In this document: piece by piece, positions 1 to 11,435 of the stretch
Position numbering within the stretch: the stretch's first letter is position 1
Layout of the letters: each line of letters begins with the position of its first letter
From: Octopus vulgaris
Lineage: Eukaryota
Reading direction: 5' to 3'
DNA: 64,000 nucleotides
Assembly (NCBI GenBank): GCA_951406725.2
Contig: OX597839.1
Coordinates: 30,070,001 to 30,134,000, forward strand
Made by a program: the position numbers and the translations under genes
The notes under the pieces: model-generated
Told to the model about the DNA's origin: nothing
The model's input: the letters and a program-made list of their open reading frames with translations, nothing else
The model's database searches: none

Positions 1-265
1 CAACTTTCGTGGAGAGATTCAAATCATGATTAAGGAAGACCCAATCCTTGAGACGTCCAAAAGCGGAGGAGGCAAGGTGGATGCGATTCTGAATTTCGTG
101 GTCAATGACCCCATTGCTTGAGATGCTGCTACCCAAATAGGTGAATTTGTGTTCTTTAGCCAGTTGTTTTGGATCGAAAGAGTCACAGGGCGTGAACCAT
201 TTTTGGAGCGTTGAAGGATCTCTGTTTGCTTGGTGTTGACCTGGAGTCCAGCACACAACATCTAG
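1..265 (-). mobile_element. RTE-clade LINE fragment (RT C-terminal region), frameshifted, runs off the window edge
   Basis: Minus-strand translation across a frameshift gives GLQVNTKQTEIL...KFTYLGSSISSNGVIDHEIQNRIHLASSAFGRLKDWVFLNHDLNLSTK, typical of the RTE/BovB-like RT thumb region. Confidence 0.8.
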
Positions 266-341
266 GTTCTGCTGACGTTTAAGTATACATTGGAATTATA
301 TTTCACTGTGGTGTTCATCATTTAATATCTGTCTCCATGCT

Positions 342-637
342 CTGGAACTCAGAACATAAGAACAAATGAAATGCTGCTAAACATTTTGCCTGGTGTGCTA
401 ACAATTCTGTCACCTTGAGAATAATATAGATGTTTTCGATCTAGTTTGAATTCTTTGCAATCAAATTTGAATTTTTCAATTGGTGCTCAAGCCTTAAAAA
501 AAAGAGAGTTAAACTGCATCAGCCGTAAGGCAATACATGTCTATCTTATCTAACTTGTTCAGTAGAGCCCACCAATTGATATCTGAAAAGTTCGATGAAA
601 TATCTAATGAACACTGCCATAGCTTCTACCAAAAGAT
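342..637 (-). repeat. Inverted duplicate of 2430-2725 (half MITE plus adjacent SINE head)
   Basis: Reverse complement matches 2430-2725 over ~296 bp with about 4 mismatches by eye, and includes non-MITE flank. Confidence 0.9.
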
Positions 638-830
638 TCCTTCCACTGTGTGAGAGTGGCACATCTTCACACAGCTCTCTTCATCCATCTGTAGTACATG
701 ACCATATCAACACAAACATCTCTCTTGCACACAACATCCGATGCTTCTTATGTCCAACAATTCTCTCAGGGTGCTTACACTCTGTCGCGTGTGCACAGAC
801 ATTACACATCCAGCGGATCATGCTAGCTTC
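638..830 (-). mobile_element. RTE-derived repeat fragment
   Basis: Same sequence family as 12700-12990, 17300-17560 and 51600-51826 (ERNEASMIRWMC...GVQERRL..WYGHV-type coding remnant). Confidence 0.75.
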
Positions 831-899
831 ACCTGCATTGTACATCAGTGCCAGAGATTATTTATATGAGTTAACACGTGCTATTTGAATTTTTCCTTA

Positions 900-1500
900 A
901 TAGAACGGTCGAATTACACAAATCCGGATTTTTCTAGTTTAATTACAAAGAGTCGAAACTCAAACTTTAACAATTACTCACATTTATAAACTACGAAGTG
1001 GAAAATGGAGGCTTTGAGACGAGTAAAAAGGTAACTGGATATGAAATGAAAGAAGAGAGGAGTAAATAATAATTTATTCTAACGGTTATGCGAGACGAAT
1101 AAAAAGACGACAGCTTCCCAGATTAGATTAAACGATTAATTGTGATTAGGAGGTGAAAAGAGACGAAATCAAACCGGAAGTATAAATAGACAAGCGATAG
1201 GAAGTTAAATCTTCTGACAAAAGAGAGAGAATGAGATGAATTTATTTACTATTGTTTACCGCCAGATGTCGCTGTAAGTATTGTTTTTGTTGAGAAGTGA
1301 AAGTGAAATTAACGTTGCTTGACTGTATTCGAGTTTATAACATTTTGATAGTACAGCATGGAGAAGATTGGACAGGTTTCGTTCGCTTACATTAGACAAT
1401 CAAGGGATCTTCCTGGTTTAGTCGTTTATTTACATCTCTCATACACACACGCATATATACATGCGGTAGGATCGAAGCAGGAATAACATGGTTGCGAAGA
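900..1500 (+). promoter_or_regulatory. CpG-rich putative promoter and non-coding first exon of the JmjC gene
   Basis: Many CpGs against a CpG-depleted background; ETS-like ACCGGAAGT 1173-1181 abutting TATAAATA 1181-1188; CTCF-like CCGCCAGATGTCGC 1259-1272; candidate donor GTAAGT at 1274. Confidence 0.5.
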
Positions 1501-2109
1501 CAACTTATATCCTTGTCTGTGTGGCCAATATGGTCCTATCTATCTTCATTTAAAAAGCCAAGCTGTGCAAAAATTATACATGTGTGCGTGCGTGTGAGAA
1601 AGAAGAGACTCCTATAAAACACAAGCTCAATACTCAGTCAATGTACCTCTCTGTTTCGAATCACATCACGTAAAAACTATTATGCATAACAAAACAAACG
1701 TTTATATAAATTTACACATGGCTGAATAAACCGTGTGTGTGTGTATGCACACATATATATATATTTGTGCATGTGTATATGTGTATCTACATTTCCTTGA
1801 CATCACGTTATAGCTGTAAATGAAGCTCATCATCATACAAGCAGTGTTATTCATTTTCATTCTTCTGTAGGAATCCTGTCCAGCGGCAGGAAATTTTGCA
1901 CTGCTTAGACACAGGTGATGGTTGACAACAGGAATGGTAACTGGCCATAAAAAATCTTCCTCAATTATTTTTGTGTGACCCATACAAACATGGAAAAGTA
2001 GATGTTAAAAGATTATGCCAATGAAAGTATTTCATTATGTATTATTGTGGCTTGCTCACCAATATCATTGATGCACCCTATTGAATACAATTCATCTATC
2101 ATTATCTAT

Positions 2110-2642
2110 TATAGATGTTTTCGATCCAATTTGGATTCTTTGCCATCAAATTTGAATTCTTTGCAATCAAATTTGAATTTTTCAATTGGTGCTCAAGCCT
2201 TGAAAAGAAAGAGAGTTAAACTACATCAGCTGTAAGGGAATACATGTCTATCTTATCTAACTTGTCCAGTAGAGCCCACCAATTGATATCTGAAAAGTTC
2301 GATGAAATAACTCATGAACATTGCCATAGCTTCTACCAAAGATGCTCCGTTCTGAACAAGGGGAGATCGTAAACGAATGATGCTTTTTCTATTATCTCCC
2401 CTTGTTCAGACTGGTCGACCTAATGGAGCATCTTTTGGTAGAAGCTATGGCAGTGTTCATGAGATATTTCATCGAACTTTTCTGATATCAATTGGTGGGC
2501 TCTACTGGACAAGTTAGATAAGATAGACATGTATTGCCTTACAGCTGATGCAGTTTAACTCTCTTTTTTTTAAGGCTTGAGCACCAATTGAAAAATTCAA
2601 ATTTGATTGCAAAGAATTCAAACTAGATCGAAAACATCTATA
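2110..2642. mobile_element. Fold-back MITE with long inverted arms and TA ends
   Basis: TATAGATGTTTTCGATC...GATCGAAAACATCTATA termini; ~230-bp arms nearly complementary; inner hairpin TCTGAACAAGGGGAGAT (2351-2367) / ATCTCCCCTTGTTCAGA (2394-2410). Confidence 0.85.
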
Positions 2643-2649
2643 TTATTCT

Positions 2650-2860
2650 CAAGGTGACAGAATTGTTAGCACACCAGGCAAAATGTTTAGCAGCATTTCA
2701 TTTGTTCTTATGTTCTGAGTTCCAGTTCTTCCGAGATATTCTTTACCTTTCATCCTTTCAGATTTGATAAAATAAGTGCTAGTTGTGCACTGGGGTCGAT
2801 GAAATCAACTTATCCCTCCCCAGAAATTGCTGGCCTTGTGCCAAAATTTTAAACTATTAT
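2650..2860 (+). mobile_element. tRNA-derived SINE (family with GCAGAATTGTTAGCAC head and TTTCATCCTTT...GATAAAATAAGT core)
   Basis: Shares head, core and GGCCTTGTGCCAAAATTT end with copies at 7390-7600, 11835-12010, 21250-22012, 52825-53250 and 55970-56180. Confidence 0.7.
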
Positions 2861-2972
2861 CTATTTGGATGCTATTTTAAAATTCCTCTTTTTTTCTCCT
2901 TCCTTTTGTTTTTCAGCTGGTGGCAAGAACTAAGTAAACTAATATGAAAGAAGCATTACCACCTGAGAAACG

Positions 2973-3238
2973 ATGAAGATTAATTTGGTTGTATTTTCAC
3001 TATTTTATTTACATTGTTTATTTTTTCCTTGTTGTCTTCTTGGCTCTTGTCCACCAGACAGTGTACATGGCGAACAGTTATCTTTCATAGATGGAATTTA
3101 TTCTCTTCCTTTTAATGAGAGGCTGGAGGAGAGAAAGCAGAATTTGCAAAAATATTCTTTTGAGCACAATGTAAATAGTATTGACCGTCGGAGTGGTCTT
3201 TCCCAAGATGAGTTTAACCAGGTCTATGATGGAAAGTG
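2973..3238 (+). CDS. JmjC protein coding exon 1 (signal peptide; exon begins 2917 in the 5' UTR)
   Basis: Acceptor ttttgtttttcag at 2916; MKINLVVFSLFYLHCLFFPCCLLGS...IDRRSGLSQDEFNQVYDGKW; donor TG|GTAAGT (phase 2). Confidence 0.85.
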
Positions 3239-3611
3239 GTAAGTAATTGAATCCTGAGAATTCATTAATCAGTATCTTTCTCAAACATAAAATGGTTGCT
3301 AAAAAAGGGCAAAATATTGAGAAAATGGAATCACTTTCATGACAATGGATTGTGAACTGAAGGATTTGAGGGATAAGATGCCGTAACTGATATGACTTTC
3401 TCTTGAAGCTTGTCACCAAACAACTAATTGTTAGAAACACTTGTAACACTGTATTTATACATGTGTGTGTATATACTTTTATTTATTTCGCTAAGTGATA
3501 CTAATAACCTACTTTTAGAACTCAATATACATATTCAACTCTTTGAGGATTCAAACTCAAACTGGATAGTAACAAAATTAAACATTATCAAGCATCTTAA
3601 TTTGCTGTGAT

Positions 3612-3860
3612 GGTGCACGGCTTAGTAGTTAGGGTGTTGGATTCTTGGTCCTAAGACTGTGGTTTTGATTCCTGGAGCAGGCAATGCATTGTGTTCTTGA
3701 GTAAAACAATTTGTTTCACATTAGTCTAGTTGACTCAGATGGCAAAAACGAGTAATCCTGTGACAGACTCTGGCTTCCCATCCAGTGGGGAATATATATA
3801 CGAAGGAAATTGAGAAACTGGCCCTATGAGTCTATATGACTCGAGAAGTATCTTTATCCT
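3612..3860 (+). mobile_element. Degenerate tRNA-derived SINE
   Basis: Head GGTGCACGGCTTAGTAGTTAGGG...GGTTTTGATTCC (A/B-box-like), related to the young copy at 46948-47335. Confidence 0.65.
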
Positions 3861-4389
3861 ATCTTTTATCCCTTCTTTGAATTTGCTGCTCTATATTTCA
3901 TGGCAATTAGCAATTCTTTCTTTCTTTTAAGAAGATTATCTCTAGAAGCATTGGTAGCATAAAATCAAGAAGAAAGGTACTAGTGACTATGTCTAACATC
4001 ATTCTTTAAGCTGTCTTTCTCTGATTCCTTCTCTGTTCACATATTCCAATATGAAACATCAGTTTTTTGTTTTGCAAACACAGCCAACATTTTATGGGAA
4101 GAATTATTGCCATATAAATTGATGCTGTTACTTCATTTCTTGATATGCATTGGCCTTTTTGTACTATTGGGATATATTTTTGTGATCAAGAGGCATGAAA
4201 ATTTCACCTAAACAGGATTTGACTTCAAATCAGAAGTCCTGGCACTGTTTTTCTTTTCAGCAAAGCCTAATTTCCAATACGCTGTTAAACATAAATAATC
4301 CATCTTGTCCTTGCTTGAAGGAATGTAAGCAAAAACAAAGCTGTTAAACATTCACAGTAACCTTTTCCAATAATTTAACTATATTCCTT

Positions 4390-4770
4390 GGCTCAGGCAT
4401 GACTATGTGGTAAGAAGTTTGCTTCCCAACTACATGGTTCCAGGTTCAATCTCACTGCATGGCACCTTGTGCAAGTGTCTTCTACTAAATTCTGAGGCTG
4501 ACCAAAGCTTTTTGAGTGGATTTGGTAAATGGAAACTGAAAGAAGCCTATTGTATATGTGTGTGTTTTTCCCTGCCCCACTCTGCCTGACAACCAGTGTT
4601 GGTGTGTTTATGTCCCCATAATTTATAGATTTGTCAAAAGAGACCAATAGAATAAGTACCTGGTTTTAAAAAAAACTTAAGTAATGGGGTCAATCCATTC
4701 AACTAAAATCGTTCAAGCTGGTGCTTGAGCAGTCCAATGATTGAAACAAATGAAAAATAAAAGATAAGGA
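4390..4770 (+). mobile_element. tRNA-derived SINE (TGTGGTAAGAAG...GGTTCAATC family)
   Basis: Matches copies at 13021-13240, 20161-20540 and 43015-43405, with internal (TG)n and CCCCAGCATGG...TGAAAC-type 3' end. Confidence 0.7.
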
Positions 4771-5574
4771 GATAGGGGTTCTACAAGAGCAGAGATTCTT
4801 CCATCCTTTTCTTTCCTGTCTACTGAAGACTGGTTGTGCTGATAATCTTTGCTGACCTTCCTGGATTAATGCAGTTCATCCAATTAATATCGAGTGTGAA
4901 CTTTTACAGATGATTGATCAATGAGAAACCCTGGACAAAAAGAAAGGGTTAGGGTTGCAATTCTGCAAATGAAGGATTGAAAACAGTAATTTGTATAATT
5001 AAAGAGCATTTCATTAGCTTGTTAGCGTAAATTTTGCATCTTCCAAATAGCAAGAATCTGTGTCTAATTGTTACTCAAGAGAAATGGTGTCCCTCAACTA
5101 CTTAATACCATGAATATAAAGACAAAATGTGTTTCCTAAACTATGAAGAACAGTGTCTTATGCAATTAGATAGATAAAAGATGAATGTTCTCCTGGGTAA
5201 AGTAGCAGTCTATCTAGGAGTAGTCTTTGATGATTTCTGTCACTATTCCTGACAGTTAAATGAAACGAAGAATGTTTAACTTTATATTATGAAAGATAAG
5301 AAGCCCAACATGTCTCACCTGTTTTATAGAAGACAAGCCAAAGAGGATGCCTCTCCAAAGTAGCAACACAATCACACCCAAATTACACTTTACCCTAGAA
5401 AAAGGAAGACAACTGGATGACATAGGGGTAGATACACTGTACTAGGGGCCAAACTGCCTTGGTTCATAGTTAAGGCTGTCCTTGGACTGCACAGGATAGG
5501 CTTTTAATAGCATGTGAGATACACTAGGATTTTGTGATAGTCCTATTGTCTATGTCTTGTGATAGTTCTAGTGA

Positions 5575-5720
5575 AGGCGCATGACCTAGTGGTTAGGGTG
5601 TTGCACTCACAATCACCAGATCGTAGGTTCAATTCCTAGACCAGGCAGCATGTGTTCTTGATCAAAACACTTCATTTCACACTGCTCTACTGCTATGTAG
5701 GAACCTGCATGTCAAAGAAT
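5575..5720 (+). mobile_element. tRNA-derived SINE head
   Basis: GGCGCATGACCTAGTGGTTAGGG...GGTTCAATTCC. Confidence 0.6.
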
Positions 5721-6049
5721 AGAGTCAATATTTCCTCTGTGTCATAAAAGGCAAGTAAAAGAGGTTGAGGCAGGATTTGCACTCCAACCTCATAAAAACC
5801 CCCTCAGCAGCAATAGCTACACAAATAGACCCATGGGTCAGAGGGTTGTCACATCAGTGGTGCAGAATTGTAATCCATCAGGAGTAGAGAATCATGGACA
5901 AATCGTGGATGCAACGATGTGCTGTTACAGTGCATTCTCCCATACAACTACCACTACTACTACTATTGTCTGTCTGAAATTGTAAATCAGCCTCATTTAT
6001 TACAAGACTTTATCTAAAATAAAGGATCGCATGATTGACCAGGCAATCA

Positions 6050-6295
6050 AAATTCTGGCTCACGTTGTTTTAGATGTTGATAGATGCCACCCTGATGGCT
6101 AGGTAAGTAGGCCAACATTCCCCCTAATCGGAAGGCTTGTCCATCACAGGGTTAGCTATTTACAGCTGAGCGGACTGGAGCAGCATGAAAGGATTTGTTT
6201 TGCTTAAGAACATAACACACAGCTCAGTTCAGGAATTGAACTTACAATCACTAGATCATGAGTGCAATACCCTAATCACTAGGCCATACATTTTC
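6050..6295 (-). mobile_element. tRNA-derived SINE
   Basis: Reverse-complement head TGGCCTAGTGATTAGGG; body shared with 34830-35085. Confidence 0.6.
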
Positions 6296-6516
6296 ACAGA
6301 ATAAATGAATAAGTAAGTCAAAATATAATATCTTATTTTTTGTTGTTTTTGATTTCATGACAGGCAGCCTAATAAAATATTGAGTAAATTGAAACAAATA
6401 TCTAAGGTTTTGGTCTTGAAATACATAATTGTAGCATTTATTAAGGGTTTTAAAGAAAAGAAGCAGACACTGGGAGATTTCAGTTTCTTCTTAGCAAACA
6501 TTCGGTTATGTTGCAG

Positions 6517-6625
6517 GCCTGTCATTCTCACCGACGTCATTACTAAGTGGCCAGCATTCAACTGGACTAAAGAGTTTTTACAAACAAATTATGGACATGC
6601 AAAAGTTACAGTGAAGATATCTAAG
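6517..6625 (+). CDS. JmjC protein coding exon 2
   Basis: ttgcag|G...AAG|gtatgt; (W)PVILTDVITKWPAFNWTKEFLQTNYGHAKVTVKISK. Confidence 0.9.
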
Positions 6626-7389
6626 GTATGTTGTAACATTGTGTCCCCAAAGAGAGGCGATTTGCAAGTGAAAGTTTTCCGAGTATAATAAACCTCCTTT
6701 CCAACTTCCAGTGAAATTCTAACGTACAATTTAGTTGTATCTTCATCATCATCATCATTATTATTGTTATGAAGAGCATTGAAAGGTAGAGTTGGTGTAG
6801 CAGTGAGCAAAATGCATTGTGATACTTAGTTACATCCCTTTGCATTCTGAGTTCAAAGTTTGTTGAAGTGAACTTTCATTGTTCCAAGGTTGAGAAAATA
6901 AGAATCAGGCAAGTTGAGATTCTTCATTACACGTCTTATACTTTTCAAAAACAAAAAAAAACAAAGGGTAGTGACTTGTAGAAACACCAACTGGTAGAAG
7001 GAGTGACTGATAGAAACAGTGGGGTATCATACAAAATGTCTTGAATTATTTACATATCTTTATGTTTAAGTTCAAATCCTACCCAGATTTTACTTTTAAT
7101 TTTTCTGATGGTATTAATAAAATGAGAGCCAAATTATTGAACTTGTGATGTCATTCCATCAATGTAGGAACGTTGGTTGCCCTCATTCAAATTTTGGATT
7201 TGAATTTCTATATATCACTTTTCATTTTGAACTCAACAAAGACAGGCAAGCTGTTGAAATATCGTTCAACCAATAAAATATCTCTTGCAATCATGTCACA
7301 CTCTTTGTATTGTCTATTTACCTTTGTGAAGAGTTACATCAATCCTTTTCAAATATTATCATCATCATCAATAATAATAATAATAATCC

Positions 7390-7600
7390 TTTCTACTATT
7401 GGCACAAGGCCTAATATTTTGTGGGAGGGGACTAGTTGATTACATTGACCCGTTTTTGCTGGTACTTAATCTATTGACCCCAAAAGGATGAAAGGCAAAG
7501 TCGACCTTGACAGAATTTGAACTCAGAACCATAGTGACAGGCAAAATACTGCTAAGCATATCGCCTGGCACGCTAACAATCCTGCCAGCTTGCTGCCTTA
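7390..7600 (-). mobile_element. tRNA-derived SINE
   Basis: Reverse complement of the 2650-2860 family, with (AAT)n adjacent. Confidence 0.7.
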
Positions 7601-8091
7601 AATAATAATCATCATTATCATCATTTAATGTCCACTTTCCATGAGGACTGGCAAGCCAGGAGGCTGCACCAGGCTCCAATCTGATCTGATTATTTTTTGT
7701 GTTACAAAAAAAATGAAGTGTGACATAAATTCCACCAAAGTATCAAGGAAAGAATTCATGTTTAGTTCAGGTTCCTTGGAATTTAACAGAAAAGATTGTA
7801 AACTATTTCAGATGTAGAACTTATTCTCAGTAACTAAGTAAATGGGGGAAACATACAGTTTTAGAATTTAACCCAAACAGCTGTTAAAATATATTCAGAG
7901 AAATTGAATTCAGCATCTGTGGTCTGGAAGCATAAAATCCAATTCCTTTTTAGCTATTTGGCATCTGCAGAACGACTAAACACAATGGCTGATTGTAAAC
8001 TGATAATTATTTTTAATAACCTTTTTATATCTCTACTCTCATGGCCTCACATTTTTGTTTCTTTCCTTTTTTTTTTTTTTGTCTGTTTCAG

Positions 8092-8235
8092 GGTTCTGAG
8101 TCATTTGGATCTGTAGAGCAGCTTCAGCACATGATACCCCTTCTCAGCTCCAGTGAACTGAAACAATGGTTCTATATTGAAGATGAGCTCTTCCTTAACT
8201 TGCATCCAACTCTTTTGAAAGATATTGGCAGCACA
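8092..8235 (+). CDS. JmjC protein coding exon 3
   Basis: Long poly-T tract then tttcag|GGT; GSESFGSVEQLQHM...WFYIEDELFLNLHPTLLKDIGST; donor GTAAGT; 144 nt, phase 0. Confidence 0.85.
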
Positions 8236-8296
8236 GTAAGTACATGTGGTTGTTTAGGGAATTGATTTGGTGTGTGAACTATTAACCCATTTGCTT

Positions 8297-9110
8297 AGAT
8301 ATCAGATCATTTTTGTGGCGTTTCAGTCTTTGCCAGTTGTCTATAAGAATTATTGCGTTGAGTCAAAGAGTTTTGCAATATTTTGGTAACTTATTTGCTT
8401 TATTTGTCGAGTTCCAGCAAAAGCAGTGAAGCATTCAAAGTAGAGGCCATTGTGTTTCCCCCTTTTCTGCCAGTTCTTTAATCCCATGCTGATACCAGTT
8501 CTTGTCGTTTGAGGGGAAGAACTCCTTCACTGAAACATCCACCTCTTCTCAGTTGATGAAGTGTCTTGAGGCAGGAAGTGAGCCAGGAATCAGAACAAGT
8601 TATAATCTGAAGGAGATATTTTCCTGCAATCCTAACATGTATAAGCAGTGGTTAAGCAAGAGCCATCTTCTGGAACTTGTCTCCAAACATGGAAGTCTCA
8701 GACACAAGGGGATGCTCTGTATCTGGTGGAATTATGAGGAGTTCATTCTGGATGGTCAAACCATCAATATCAACCTGTAATCTGAACAGCTGGAGTGGAT
8801 GTATGCCACTGTGCAGCAACAATACCCAGCATTGGTTAGGGTTAGAAAATGAACTCTTCTGCAGCAAGACAATGCAAGACCTCATACCATTTGAATGACC
8901 CAGAATATACTCCAGGAACTTGAGGGAATTGAACTGATGCCACACCCAGCATATTGTCTGGATCTAGCTCCTTTGGATTATTGGATTGTTCCACTCCATG
9001 TCTCACTTCTTGCACTTGTGATACTTCATCAACCGAGAAGACGTGGAAACTGCAGTGAATGAGTTCTTCTTCTCAAAGGACAAAAACTGGTATCAACATG
9101 AGATCGAACT
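8297..9110. mobile_element. Tc1/mariner transposase remnant with an inverted duplicate 3' end (3'-3' fold-back)
   Basis: + strand KGMLCIWWN, LQQDNARPHT and HPAYCLDLAPLDY (YSPDLAP-like); 8470-8590 is the inverted copy of 8995-9110 and continues leftward into the transposase end (NGLYFE). Confidence 0.8.
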
Positions 9111-9550
9111 ATCTTATTGTTCTGTGTCTTCTCATTTCCTTTTCCTGTTTCTTTTCTCTTTTCTACTTTTGTCATCATCAATGCCACTCTTTTGGTCATT
9201 GTCATAGTTGTACTTCAATTCTCCGCACAACCTTCCCTCATTTTCTCCTCTTCTAGTCTCTTGAAAATGGAAATTATTACAGCCAACCGTTCTGCTTGCT
9301 GAGATTCTTGGATAAAAGAAATACAATTTGATTGTAAAAAATAGACATAGTGCTTGGTTTGTTACCAAGGATATGTCCTGATCGATCAACTTTAATTCCT
9401 GTACACTTTCTGAAGCAAGCTTATACTTCTTGTTCGGTTGTTCATTTGAGGAAACCCCATTCTAGCCATTCAAACTGCTTGTTAATCTACTTGACATTTT
9501 CTTCTTTCCTTTCACTGAAATAATGCAAAAGGCTTTTTTGTAATTTTCAG

Positions 9551-9712
9551 CCACTGCTGACCGAAGACTTCTTTTCTCTGTTTCCTGAGGAAATTCGACC
9601 ATGGAATTCCATGCTACTTTGGGGTGGGGCCCACTCCAGGTCTCCACTACATATAGACCCCTACAATTGGACTGGAACAAATGCAGTATTGAAAGGGACC
9701 AAAAAATGGAAA
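9551..9712 (+). CDS. JmjC protein coding exon 4 (HxD metal ligands)
   Basis: ttttcag|CCA; PLLTEDFFSLFPEEIRPWNSMLLWGGAHSRSPLHIDPYNWTGTNAVLKGTKKWK; donor GTAAGT. Confidence 0.92.
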
Positions 9713-10006
9713 GTAAGTCTCTCTTTTTTTTAAACTTTCAGTCATCATCATCATCTTTTGCATCAACATCAGCAGTTTTCCCATGTCTCCATCTGCAGTC
9801 TATAGAACTTATTTTAAAGAAATTACCTTTCTCTAATTGATAAGTTGATGAAGTTGCCATTTTAAGAAAACAGCTTATCTCTTTTTTTCTCCCCCAATTT
9901 GTTGTTTTTTATGGTGAATTTCTCTGTGGCAAAAATGTTTATGGTGAAATTTCCTATAACCCAATGGCTGTGCCCTGATGTTAATTATGGTTTAATTCTA
10001 TTTCAG

Positions 10007-10092
10007 TTGTTTCCTCCTGGTCAGGATGATTTACTGTATGTCATTCCTGAACAGAGGTGTGGCTTCCCTTTGGAGTGTCGGAAATATAACAG
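10007..10092 (+). CDS. JmjC protein coding exon 5 (probable GC donor; alternative GT donor after 10056)
   Basis: tttcag|TTG; LFPPGQDDLLYVIPEQRCGFPLECRKYN(S); ends AG|GCAAGA in phase 2, matching the next exon. Confidence 0.75.
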
Positions 10093-10379
10093 GCAAGAAC
10101 CACCATTGTCCTTGTTCTTCTCATCACTGTTATTTTTATTTTGACTTTAGTCAAAACTGAATGTTACTGGTACCTATTTCATCAACCACCACAGTTAAGG
10201 AAGACAAAGTTAGTTAACAAGCAGAAGGATTTGAAATCAGAATAAGCAAAACTGAAACTAATTACTATAATTACTAATAAACACTCCTGCATTCCTTTGA
10301 TCTGACTGCCATTTCTCTCTCTCTCTCTGTCTCCTTCCCCACTATTCCACTCCACACATTGACTCCCTATTTTTCATGT

Positions 10380-11060
10380 CCAGTTTTATTATACAGCTGC
10401 TCTCCGCCCTTCCTATATTGCCACTTATTTCCCCCTCCCCTCTGATCTGCCACTCCTCTATATTTTAGTCCACTCTCCCTATTGATATTTACCATTGATT
10501 CCCCCAACCCCCATCTTCTTCCTTGTTCATCATTCACTGCAATCACCTCTACCTAATCATCTCTTATCCTTTCTGATTCTCTTTCCATATTCTCTCCATA
10601 CACTCTCCTCCTCCTTGTATCTTGACAGTCTCTCCTCACGCCTCCTCATCACCACCCTCTCTATCTCTCTTTTCAGATACTCTCACACTCACTTCTTTAT
10701 ATGGTGCAGCATAGCCATTGTATCTCCTCTACAGCCAAACAGCTCAGCTTGTCCCTCTACCATACTTTAACCTCTCTCCATAAATTGACTGCCATTCCTT
10801 TTAACCCTAACCCCACTCACACAACTTAATCAAGGGGTATTTTTGTTTATCTTGCAAGTCACTTGGTGACTCTGCTAGCACTGGTGCCATGTGAAAAGCA
10901 CCAAATACATTCTGTAAATTGGTTGGCATTAGGAAGTGCATGCTGGCTGTAGAAACTGTACCAAATCAGACACTGGAGCTCAGCACTGCTCTCTGGCTTG
11001 TTGGATCCCAATGAAACATCCAACCTATGCCAGCATGAAAGAGCGACATTAAAATGATGA
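10380..11060 (+). mobile_element. Pyrimidine-rich RTE-type 3' UTR repeat with (GAT)n tail
   Basis: 10480-10760 aligns by eye with 41600-41860; ends in the shared GGTTGGCATTAGGAAG...ACATTAAAATGATGAT terminus. Confidence 0.6.
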
Positions 11061-11435
11061 TAGTGGCGGCGGCGATGGCAACATTGTAGCAGAAGCAGCA
11101 GCAGCAGCCGACTAAAGACGATGCAGGGTTTTCTTTTGAATTTTTTTCATTCTGAGTTGAAATCCCTGCCCGGCCAATTCTATATTTCAGCCATTCAGAG
11201 TTGATTAAATAAGAACCAGTTTCATATAAGAGTTGCTTCACTTGACTATTCTCTTCCTCTACTAAATTAGCCGTTTAAGAAATCAGTTTTATTTGGTAGA
11301 AATAATAGAGTCCAAGAGTAGAGTACCTTAAAGTACTGCTTGTTCTGAGTTGATTAAAGTAAATGACCAGCATGTATGATTAACTGTATGTCAATAGGAT
11401 TGATGGTTGTTTAACAGATCTTTATTCAGCTTGAA

